Origin: a virus
IMG/VR virus record: IMGVR_UViG_3300045988_061699
Coordinates: 1-41,784 of that record
Direction: 5' to 3' (one strand)
Length of the DNA: 41,784 nucleotides
The notes beneath the pieces were generated by a model. It saw nothing but the letters and a program-made list of their open reading frames with translations, was not told where the DNA came from and made no database searches. This document shows, one piece after another, positions 25,539 to 31,470 of the stretch (positions are counted from its first letter, which is position 1; each line of letters begins with the position of its first letter). Made by a program: the position numbers and the translations under genes.

Positions 25539-25859
25539 ATGCGAGAGGTAGAGGGCGCAATCGCGGAGCTGGAAAACGGCGAACTCACTTACTCCCGCTG
25601 CGGCAAGCTGGCCGACCTCTACACCATCCGCCGGGAGCACATGGCACCAGAGACACAGCCGCCCGAAGCGGCAGTGCAGAGGGCCAGAGAGGCCCCTGCG
25701 AGGGTGCGCGGGTCTGGCGGCAGTGACTTTTTGCAGGCCGTCGATCAAGTCGACTTCAGCGCGGCTCTGGACGTACTGGACGAGCTTATGAGCACACTTG
25801 AGATAGTAAATCCAAAGGCTTACAAGAGCGTCATGCGGCGGCTTGACGGGCTGAAGTGA
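25539..25859 (+). CDS. hypothetical protein
   Basis: ATG 25539 (GTG 25521 or 25530 are possible). MREVEGAIAELENGELTYSRCGKLADLYTIRRE... Last gene before attP. Confidence 0.55.
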   Translation: MREVEGAIAELENGELTYSRCGKLADLYTIRREHMAPETQPPEAAVQRAREAPARVRGSGGSDFLQAVDQVDFSAALDVLDELMSTLEIVNPKAYKSVMRRLDGLK

Positions 25860-25860
25860 C

Positions 25861-25908
25861 TACGACTTTTTTACGACCGTTTGAGCAGAATACGACCTTT
25901 TTACGACC
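25861..25908 (+). repeat. two 18-bp direct repeats TACGAC(T/C)TTTTTACGACC (candidate integrase arm-type sites)
   Basis: Copies at 25861-25878 and 25891-25908 differ at one base. A degenerate third copy, TACGATATTTTTACGATA, lies at 26067-26084 on the other side of the core. Confidence 0.55.
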
Positions 25909-25918
25909 CTGAAACCAG

Positions 25919-25945
25919 CAGTATTTTACAGTATTTAACAGTATT
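25919..25945 (+). repeat. three CAGTATT repeats phased at exactly 10 bp
   Basis: Copies at 25919-25925, 25929-25935 and 25939-25945. Helical-turn phasing next to the att core suggests a DNA-bending or Xis-type binding array. Confidence 0.5.
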
Positions 25946-25954
25946 GGCAAAGAG

Positions 25955-26000
25955 AAAACCCACGACATAACGCTTTTTTGAAGCTATGTCGTGGGTTTTT
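25955..26000. terminator. strong bidirectional intrinsic terminator
   Basis: At least 11-bp stem cccacgacata/tatgtcgtggg (25959-25969 with 25985-25995), flanked by an A-run (25955-25958) and a T5 run (25996-26000). Confidence 0.8.
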
Positions 26001-26003
26001 CAC

Positions 26004-26027
26004 TGGTGGGCCATGAGGGATTCGAAC
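26004..26027 (-). other. attP core: 24-nt copy of a tRNA 3-prime end (T-loop, T-stem, acceptor strand, CCA)
   Basis: The reverse complement reads GTTCGAATCCCTCATGGCCCACCA, i.e. T-loop TTCGAAT, stem CCCTC, acceptor ATGGCCC, discriminator A and CCA. There is no 5-prime half, so this is a fragment, adjacent to the integrase gene. Confidence 0.7.
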
Positions 26028-26051
26028 TTTATAATTTGTTCGTCATATCGC

Positions 26052-27185
26052 TTAATTTTGCTCATTTACGATATTTTTACGATAATAGTGCGCGTTTAAA
26101 GCTCTTGTCGCATCGTCTATGGCCCAAGACTTCGCCTCGGCATACCACTTTTGAGTGGTGGTGATGTCTGCGTGACCCATTAGCTCCTTCGCAACCTGCG
26201 GGCTTACGTCGCATTGAGTTAGGACGCTGGCAAACTCATGCCGGAGCTGGTGCGCCGTGAAATCTGGGGCGGGCAAGTGCTTGTAAACGGTTTTGCCGTG
26301 CTTGTCCTTTTTTCCCGCGCTGGTCACTCTGCCGCTATCGTGGGTGCAGCCTATCTCCGCGCAGTATCTGAGCCAAGCACTCACGTACTTGCTGTTTGTC
26401 ATGGGGGCGTTGCCGCCGAAAATATAATCATCATCGGCCAGTCCGTCAAGCCGCCCTACAAGCGCTGCGGCAAGAGGGGACAAAATCGGCACTACACGGA
26501 CTGCGTTCGCCGTTTTCGGTGGCTCTATATGCGGTTGGTTTGCGTGCCATACAACGGCCTTTGTAACGTGAATTTTCCCGCCAGACAAGTCTCGCTTTTG
26601 TAACGCCATGATTTCCCCCAGGCGCAGGCCTGCATACATTGCAAAGGCTGCACACAGGCCGAAACCGTCGGTGTGCGCTTTTACCTTTTCGATTTCCGCG
26701 TCTGTAGGTGCATGCCGTTTCGTTTGCGGCAGCCCCTGCGGAAGGCGGATCAAGTCGCACGGGTTGCGGTCTCCGTCCATGTTGGTACACCAAAATTGAT
26801 AGACCAGCGAAATTACTGACCGCTGGTTTGCAATTGTCTTGTAGGCCTTGCCCTGGGCGGCCATCTGGGACAGGCGGCGGGAAATATCCGTTGTTGTGAT
26901 CTCCTTCATTCCCGCGCCGCTGAACCAGTCTTTTGCCGCATTCACGGCGCGGCGGTATCCGCGCTGTGTGCCGTATTTCAGCCGTGGCTCCTTGTAGGCC
27001 CAAAACTTATCAGCGACTTCTTCAAACGGCGGCCCTTTTTCGTCCCGGGCTGCTGCTTTTTTTATAGCCTCATCCATTTTTGCTTGTGCCTCTTTCACGG
27101 TGTGGCCGTAAAAGTGCATTTGCTTGCCGTTTATCATGCGTGTGCGCTCTATCAGGCCATCGCTTCGCGTTTTAGGCCTTGCCAT
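26052..27185 (-). CDS. int: tyrosine recombinase / phage integrase
   Basis: Start ATG 27185 (RBS GAGGTGAGGA); 377 aa. Catalytic pattern: R in GLRLGEIMAL, HQLRHEF (HxxR), LMGHADITTTQKWY (H...Y). Confidence 0.95.
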   Translation of the reverse strand: MARPKTRSDGLIERTRMINGKQMHFYGHTVKEAQAKMDEAIKKAAARDEKGPPFEEVADKFWAYKEPRLKYGTQRGYRRAVNAAKDWFSGAGMKEITTTDISRRLSQMAAQGKAYKTIANQRSVISLVYQFWCTNMDGDRNPCDLIRLPQGLPQTKRHAPTDAEIEKVKAHTDGFGLCAAFAMYAGLRLGEIMALQKRDLSGGKIHVTKAVVWHANQPHIEPPKTANAVRVVPILSPLAAALVGRLDGLADDDYIFGGNAPMTNSKYVSAWLRYCAEIGCTHDSGRVTSAGKKDKHGKTVYKHLPAPDFTAHQLRHEFASVLTQCDVSPQVAKELMGHADITTTQKWYAEAKSWAIDDATRALNAHYYRKNIVNEQN

Positions 27186-27190
27186 TTTCC

Positions 27191-27763
27191 TCACCTCGCA
27201 TATTCGTTCCGGCCCAGGTGCGCCGCGTTCTTCCCGGCATTGTAAGCATTTTTCAGGTTTTCCACGCATGGCGGGGCCGTCTCCGGCTCCACCAGTTCGC
27301 CTGTGCCTGCCTCGAGGGTGTAGTTATCCAGTATCAGCCCGCACACGGCCGCCCGGCTGCGCATGGTGCAGTGCGCATTTGCCACATACTCATCAAGCAT
27401 GGACGGCCAGTCAGAGCCGTGCGCACCGAAGATTAAAAAGGCTAGCTTGTCCACTTCGCCCGGCGGGCAGTCCGCGAGGTACTTAAAAAGGCCGTTGCGG
27501 CGCTGCTCCACATCCGAGTGGCTGCCCTCAAAGTCCTCGTAAAGTTCGGGATGTATCAGGCGCATGATGTCGCGGAAGCAGTTCATTCCCAGCACCCTGT
27601 ACCACATCACAAACTCATGCAAATCCGGCGTGGACGTGCCTTTCTCCCAGTTTCGCACTGTCTGCTTGCTGATGTCCAGCATTTCGGCGATGCTTTCTTG
27701 GCTGCATCCTGCTTTTGTGCGCGTGTTGTACAAAAGAGCCGCGATTCGTTTGTCATTGTTCAC
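27191..27763 (-). CDS. XRE-family HTH regulator with unknown ~120-aa C-terminal domain
   Basis: Start GTG 27763 (RBS AAAGGAGG). VNNDKRIAALLYNTRTKAGCSQESIAEMLDISKQTVRNWEKG is an XRE HTH. The stop lies 6 nt before the int start, so the two are probably one operon. Confidence 0.75.
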   Translation of the reverse strand: MNNDKRIAALLYNTRTKAGCSQESIAEMLDISKQTVRNWEKGTSTPDLHEFVMWYRVLGMNCFRDIMRLIHPELYEDFEGSHSDVEQRRNGLFKYLADCPPGEVDKLAFLIFGAHGSDWPSMLDEYVANAHCTMRSRAAVCGLILDNYTLEAGTGELVEPETAPPCVENLKNAYNAGKNAAHLGRNEYAR

Positions 27764-27959
27764 AAAACTACCTCCTTTAAAAATCTTGGGGGTTAAAAAG
27801 CTATCACTTTTCGGCGTCATTTAGTACGTTTTACTTTCTTTTTATGACAACCTGCAAGTGTTATCATATACGCAAAGAAATGGTAAAAAGATGCCTGCAG
27901 GCCATTTTTCGAGTGGCTTTTTACCAGCACGATGCTACCGTATAAGAGAGGTAAGCACT

Positions 27960-28076
27960 ATGCACGGACTACCGAAGCCATCAAAATCACATCATGGAAG
28001 AAAGAGAGGTACCAATGGAAAGCGCCTGTATACAGCAAGAGCAGCCGCACCGCTGTGCAGCTGCTCAATCCCCTGA
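27960..28076 (+). CDS. possible small basic peptide (38 aa)
   Basis: ATG 27960 with AGAGAGG RBS 9 nt upstream. MHGLPKPSKSHHGRKRGTNGKRLYTARAAAPLCSCSIP. Below the ORF-track cut-off; coding status uncertain. Confidence 0.3.
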   Translation: MHGLPKPSKSHHGRKRGTNGKRLYTARAAAPLCSCSIP

Positions 28077-28108
28077 CGGCCCTGCGGGGCGAGCAGAAAG
28101 GAGTACAT

Positions 28109-28213
28109 ATGGCCAGAGATATTTACATTAAGATGATTATCGCGCTACTCGAAAAATGCGACGACGAAAACCTGCTTGACCTGATTTGGAAAATCTTACT
28201 CAAATGCACTTAG
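28109..28213 (+). CDS. small amphipathic-helix protein (34 aa)
   Basis: ATG 28109 with strong AAAGGAG RBS. MARDIYIKMIIALLEKCDDENLLDLIWKILLKCT has no signal peptide. Its 3-prime end overlaps the convergent repressor gene by 4 nt. Confidence 0.45.
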   Translation: MARDIYIKMIIALLEKCDDENLLDLIWKILLKCT

Positions 28214-28584
28214 TCGATTATCCGCATTAAGGCTTCTAACTTGTTCTCGTCGAAGCTATAGATTTTTTCAACAGCTTCCAAAAATGCATCATCCTTGTGT
28301 AACCGAGCAACGATGTCAGAAATGGCATCGTTGCTTTTTTTCTCTTTGGGCCGTTCCATTGGTACGTCGAACCCCCACAGCCACATTTCGGACACGTTAA
28401 GCGCCACGGCCAAGCTGTGAATGGCTTCTTGCTTCGGCTCATACCTTCCGGACAAGTAGTTGCTAATCGAGCCTTTGTCTATTCCGGTTTCATGTACAAG
28501 ATCAATCTGCTTTTTCTTGGCCCGTTCCATTGCCTGTCGCATTCTTTCCGGAGTAGTCGCCACTCGGTTTGATTTACTCTCCAT
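28210..28584 (-). CDS. CI-like repressor (XRE HTH, no S24 peptidase domain)
   Basis: Start ATG 28584 (RBS GGAGGGAGGTGA); 124 aa. ...KKKQIDLVHETGIDKGSISNYLSGRYEPKQEAIHSLAVALNVSEMWLWG is an XRE HTH. Divergent from the Cro-like gene. Confidence 0.75.
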   Translation of the reverse strand: MESKSNRVATTPERMRQAMERAKKKQIDLVHETGIDKGSISNYLSGRYEPKQEAIHSLAVALNVSEMWLWGFDVPMERPKEKKSNDAISDIVARLHKDDAFLEAVEKIYSFDENKLEALMRIID

Positions 28585-28622
28585 TGGATTCACCTCCCTC
28601 CTATAAGTAGTATATAGGATAT

Positions 28623-28638
28623 GTTTTGATAATTCAAC
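28623..28638. promoter_or_regulatory. operator-like 16-mer GTTTTGATAATTCAAC (copy a)
   Basis: Shares GTTTKGATAW..MAAC with the copies at 28727-28744 and 29040-29055. Lies between the repressor start and the rightward promoter. Confidence 0.4.
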
Positions 28639-28688
28639 ACAAAAACAAAAAAAGTCAAAATAAGTTTTGAAAATGCCAATATTGGGGG

Positions 28689-28716
28689 TTGACATTCTCC
28701 GCGAAGCCGGTATAAT
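28689..28716 (+). promoter_or_regulatory. early rightward promoter, consensus TTGACA-16-TATAAT
   Basis: -35 at 28689-28694 and -10 at 28711-28716. The perfect palindrome CCAATATTGG (28676-28685) abuts the -35. Confidence 0.75.
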
Positions 28717-28726
28717 AAAAGCATGA

Positions 28727-28744
28727 GGTTTGGATAACCAAACC
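28727..28744. promoter_or_regulatory. operator-like inverted repeat GGTTTGG-ATAA-CCAAACC (copy b), also an RNA hairpin in the leader
   Basis: Perfect 7-bp arms located 11 nt downstream of the -10. Confidence 0.45.
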
Positions 28745-28829
28745 CAGCAAGCACAACAGCCTTCGGGCTGTCTATCGGGGATGGCCACCCGGCACTGATG
28801 TGGTAGGCCAAAGAAGGAGGTGAACACAA

Positions 28830-29039
28830 GTGAGTGCAAACTATGCAAAACTGCGCGGTAAAATCCGCGAAGTGTACGGCAGACAAGCCGATTTTGCCGC
28901 GGCTCTCAACATCGACCGATCGACTTTATCCATGAAGCTGAGTGGCAAGAGCGATTGGACGCGCGAGGAAATCGAAAACAGCTGCATTGTACTTGGAATT
29001 CCGTTTTCCGATGCGCACAGCTATTTTTTTGCCGTGTGA
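28830..29039 (+). CDS. Cro-like / DUF739-type small HTH regulator
   Basis: GTG start with GAAGGAGGTG RBS; 69 aa. ...GRQADFAAALNIDRSTLSMKLSGKSDWTREEIE is an HTH. It is the first gene of the rightward operon. Confidence 0.7.
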   Translation: MSANYAKLRGKIREVYGRQADFAAALNIDRSTLSMKLSGKSDWTREEIENSCIVLGIPFSDAHSYFFAV

Positions 29040-29055
29040 GTTTGGATATCAAAAC
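29040..29055. promoter_or_regulatory. operator-like 16-mer GTTTGGATATCAAAAC (copy c)
   Basis: Imperfect palindrome centred on GATATC, immediately after the Cro-like stop. Confidence 0.35.
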
Positions 29056-29080
29056 ATGAAAGGAGACTGCATGAGCGGCA

Positions 29081-29118
29081 ATAAAAAAAGCTATCTACTG
29101 TCCGTTAGTAGATAGCTT
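29081..29118 (-). terminator. intrinsic terminator, efficient on the minus strand
   Basis: 12-bp perfect stem (29088-29099 with 29107-29118) and 7-nt loop. The minus strand has a T7 run (A7 at 29083-29089) while the plus strand has only TTT. Confidence 0.75.
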
Positions 29119-29353
29119 TATCCCAAAGTTTTTTACCAGAACAAGCTTGCAACAGCGGAACCTCCCCATGTGGGTGGGCACGTACACGGTCCTTTGTGCA
29201 ATGCGCATCCGCTGTTTGCAAAACGGACTTGCAATTCTTTGGGCTTGCCGTAACCTTTGGCAGTTTTGGGACTGCCGTATAGCCATACGCGTTACGCAAT
29301 TCCTTTAGTCTGGAACTGGCATACTCAAAAGTTGGGTCAAGGACGACCACCAT
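29105..29353 (-). CDS. hypothetical basic protein (82 aa) encoded antisense to the early operon
   Basis: ATG 29353 (MVVVLDPTFEYASSRLKELRNAYGYT...). It has its own consensus promoter (29382-29410) and terminator (29081-29118). The TTG at 29410 would lie upstream of the predicted transcription start. Confidence 0.5.
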   Translation of the reverse strand: MVVVLDPTFEYASSRLKELRNAYGYTAVPKLPKVTASPKNCKSVLQTADAHCTKDRVRAHPHGEVPLLQACSGKKLWDKAIY

Positions 29354-29381
29354 TCCTTTCTGCCTTACTCTGGCAATCCAG

Positions 29382-29410
29382 ATTATAGCATATTGTGTCG
29401 TGGCGGTCAA
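29382..29410 (-). promoter_or_regulatory. near-consensus promoter TTGACC-17-TATAAT with TGc extended -10 (minus strand)
   Basis: The minus strand reads ttgacc gccacgacacaatatgc tataat. The -35 is the complement of 29405-29410 and the -10 the complement of 29382-29387. Confidence 0.65.
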
Positions 29411-29447
29411 TTTGTTTACAGATAATTTTTACTAAGGGGGTGCACAG

Positions 29448-29642
29448 ATGCCTGAATCCTGGACTGGTCGTTTGATTGGTAAAATGCACAACAACGACAT
29501 TTCTTATGAAGATGTGGCCAAAAAGCTCGGTTACGGCAAGTCGTATATCTGCCTGATTCTGAACAGCAAGCGCAAACCGCCTGACATTCAGAAGAAGATG
29601 GAAACGGCTGTAATCGAACTAATTGCAGAAAGAAAGGAGTGA
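29448..29642 (+). CDS. small HTH protein
   Basis: 64 aa; RBS AAGGGGG. ...ISYEDVAKKLGYGKSYICLILNSKRKPP is HTH-like. Confidence 0.6.
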   Translation: MPESWTGRLIGKMHNNDISYEDVAKKLGYGKSYICLILNSKRKPPDIQKKMETAVIELIAERKE

Positions 29643-29646
29643 GCGA

Positions 29647-30393
29647 ATGAACAACATTCAAATTTTTAAGTACGAAAACAACGATGTGCGCACGGTTGAG
29701 ATGAACGGTGAACCGTGGTTCGTCCTGAAGGATGTGTGCGCGGTGCTGGGCATTTCCCACATCACGGACACCGCCAAGCGCATGGATGAGGATGAGGTCG
29801 GTCAGACCGAGGTCATCGACAGCATGGGGCGCAAGCAGTCCACCTACGTCATCAACGAGAGCGGCCTGTACAACGTTATCCTTCGCAGCGACAAGCCAGA
29901 GGCCAAACCGTTCCGCAAATGGGTCACTGGCACGGTGCTGCCGAGTATCCGCAAGCACGGGGCTTATATGACCCACGAAACACTGCAGGCCGCGATCCTC
30001 AACCCGGACACGATGATTCAGCTGTGCCAGCAGCTCAAGGCCGAGCAGGACAAGAACGCCGCCTTGCAGGTTGCCAACAGCAAGCTCACGGTGGAGCGGC
30101 AGATCATGGCCCCAAAGGCCGAATACTTCGATGAGCTGGTAGACCGGAACACGTTGACCAGCTTCCGCGACACGGCCAAAGAGCTGGGCGTAAGCCCGAA
30201 GGCTTTTGTAGACTGGCTGCGGGCGAAAAAGTTCATTTACCGCGACCGAAAGGGCAAGCTTGTGCCCTATGCCGAAAAGAACGACGGCCTGTTTGAAGTG
30301 AAGGAGTGTTTCAACGAAAAAACTAAGTGGAGCGGAGTGCAAACTCTTGTAACACCGAAGGGCCGGGAAACATTCCGCCTGCTCTATCTATAA
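29647..30393 (+). CDS. antirepressor (BRO-N plus KilA-C/Ant C-terminal domains)
   Basis: ATG 29647 (RBS GAAAGGAG). MNNIQIFKYENNDVRTVEMNGEPWFVLKDVCAVLG...NVILRSDKPEAKPFRKWVTGTVLPSIRKHGAY is a BRO-N domain. The C-terminus ...FRDTAKELGVSPKAFVDWLRAKKFIYRD is Ant-like. Confidence 0.85.
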   Translation: MNNIQIFKYENNDVRTVEMNGEPWFVLKDVCAVLGISHITDTAKRMDEDEVGQTEVIDSMGRKQSTYVINESGLYNVILRSDKPEAKPFRKWVTGTVLPSIRKHGAYMTHETLQAAILNPDTMIQLCQQLKAEQDKNAALQVANSKLTVERQIMAPKAEYFDELVDRNTLTSFRDTAKELGVSPKAFVDWLRAKKFIYRDRKGKLVPYAEKNDGLFEVKECFNEKTKWSGVQTLVTPKGRETFRLLYL

Positions 30394-30439
30394 AGGAAGG
30401 AGTGAGAAAAATGGCATTAAAAAAAAGGGGGGAACGAAT

Positions 30440-30634
30440 ATGGATTTGCCTATCATGCTAAGCACCGTCGAGCTTACGACGGTCAACAGCCTGGTTTTCG
30501 CGGCGTATCAAAACGCCGTGAAGCGGCAGGACGAAACGGCGGCGGCTGTGCTGGACGGTGCGCTGGAGAAGCTACAGCGTGAGATTGCGGGCCGGCTGAC
30601 GGCGCAAGACGTGGACTTGAAGGAGGTGAATTGA
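30440..30634 (+). CDS. hypothetical protein (64 aa)
   Basis: RBS GGGGGG. No family recognised. Directly precedes a small XRE HTH gene. Confidence 0.5.
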   Translation: MDLPIMLSTVELTTVNSLVFAAYQNAVKRQDETAAAVLDGALEKLQREIAGRLTAQDVDLKEVN

Positions 30635-30636
30635 CC

Positions 30637-30855
30637 ATGAACCGGCTGCGAGAACTGCGTGAAAACGCGGGATTTAGCCAGTGCAGCCTTGCGGCCCGGC
30701 TGGGGCTTACCCCGCCCACAATCAACCGGTGGGAGCGTGGCAGAGCTTGCCCGCGACTGCAAAACATCAAAAAGTTGGCTGACCTGTACGGGGTCAGCGT
30801 CCGCGAAATGAAGGAGGCGGTGAAGGATGGCACGGGAGCGGGAAGGCTACCGTGA
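30637..30855 (+). CDS. XRE-family small HTH regulator
   Basis: ATG 30637 (RBS AAGGAGGTG 8 nt upstream). MNRLRELRENAGFSQCSLAARLGLTPPTINRWERGRACP... Confidence 0.75.
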   Translation: MNRLRELRENAGFSQCSLAARLGLTPPTINRWERGRACPRLQNIKKLADLYGVSVREMKEAVKDGTGAGRLP

Positions 30856-31036
30856 TGCACTAGAGCGCGTCCGGCGGGAAGCATCCGGAGAGCTTGTGAC
30901 CGTCGAAGAGGCGGCGCGGATTGTCTACGGGAGCGACCCGCACGGCCCTCGGAAGGTCACGAAGCTGGCCGGATGGATTGGCTCTGGGAGGGGAAAAAGA
31001 ATCCCCGCAACGGCTCTGGCCCGGCAGATTTGCTAA
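30827..31036 (+). CDS. small DNA-binding (excisionase/AlpA-like?) protein
   Basis: 69 aa; RBS GAAGGAGG. ...LVTVEEAARIVYGSDPHGPRKVTKLAGWIG resembles HTH_17 excisionase-type folds. Function uncertain. Confidence 0.45.
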   Translation: MAREREGYRDALERVRREASGELVTVEEAARIVYGSDPHGPRKVTKLAGWIGSGRGKRIPATALARQIC

Positions 31037-31106
31037 GGATTGGCATCGCACTGTCCGGCACGGCGGGGCCATGCTACGCGGCGGAACCGAAGCGCACAGC
31101 GAAGGA

Positions 31107-31347
31107 GATGCGATGAGACGACTTGACCCGCGCGGCGCAGCAGTGGATATGCAATCAATCGCTGAGCTATGGCAAAGAATTGCTGCGATTTGAAGGCAAC
31201 GGATACGCGAGACGATGATACGAGATGGCGAAGCGAAGCCGGGCTTTGAGGAGCGATGGCGATGCGTGGCCGGGACAAGCAGCGGAGATGCTCCGACTTG
31301 ATTCGCGATGGAAAAGAGTGGACAGGATAAGCGTTGGCATGGCGATG
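31107..31347 (+). repeat. GATG-repeat, purine-rich non-coding segment
   Basis: Nine GATG on the + strand in 241 bp: 31107, 31112, 31214, 31224, 31255, 31261, 31287, 31307, 31344. Five occur as GCGATG and three as GAGATG. No credible ORF lies between 31037 and 31470. Confidence 0.6.
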
Positions 31348-31470
31348 CGCGGCGGGGGATAAGCAATGCGAGGAACGGCAATGGAAAAGCGTCGAAACGA
31401 CGCGCTACGCTAAGGAACAGCAAAGAAAAGAAGCCTAAATAAACAAAATCAAAAAATGGAGGATTTAACG

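Noticed and set aside
28210-28584. LexA-like self-cleaving repressor
   Set aside because: The protein has only 124 aa and no Ala-Gly/Ser...Lys S24 peptidase module after the HTH.
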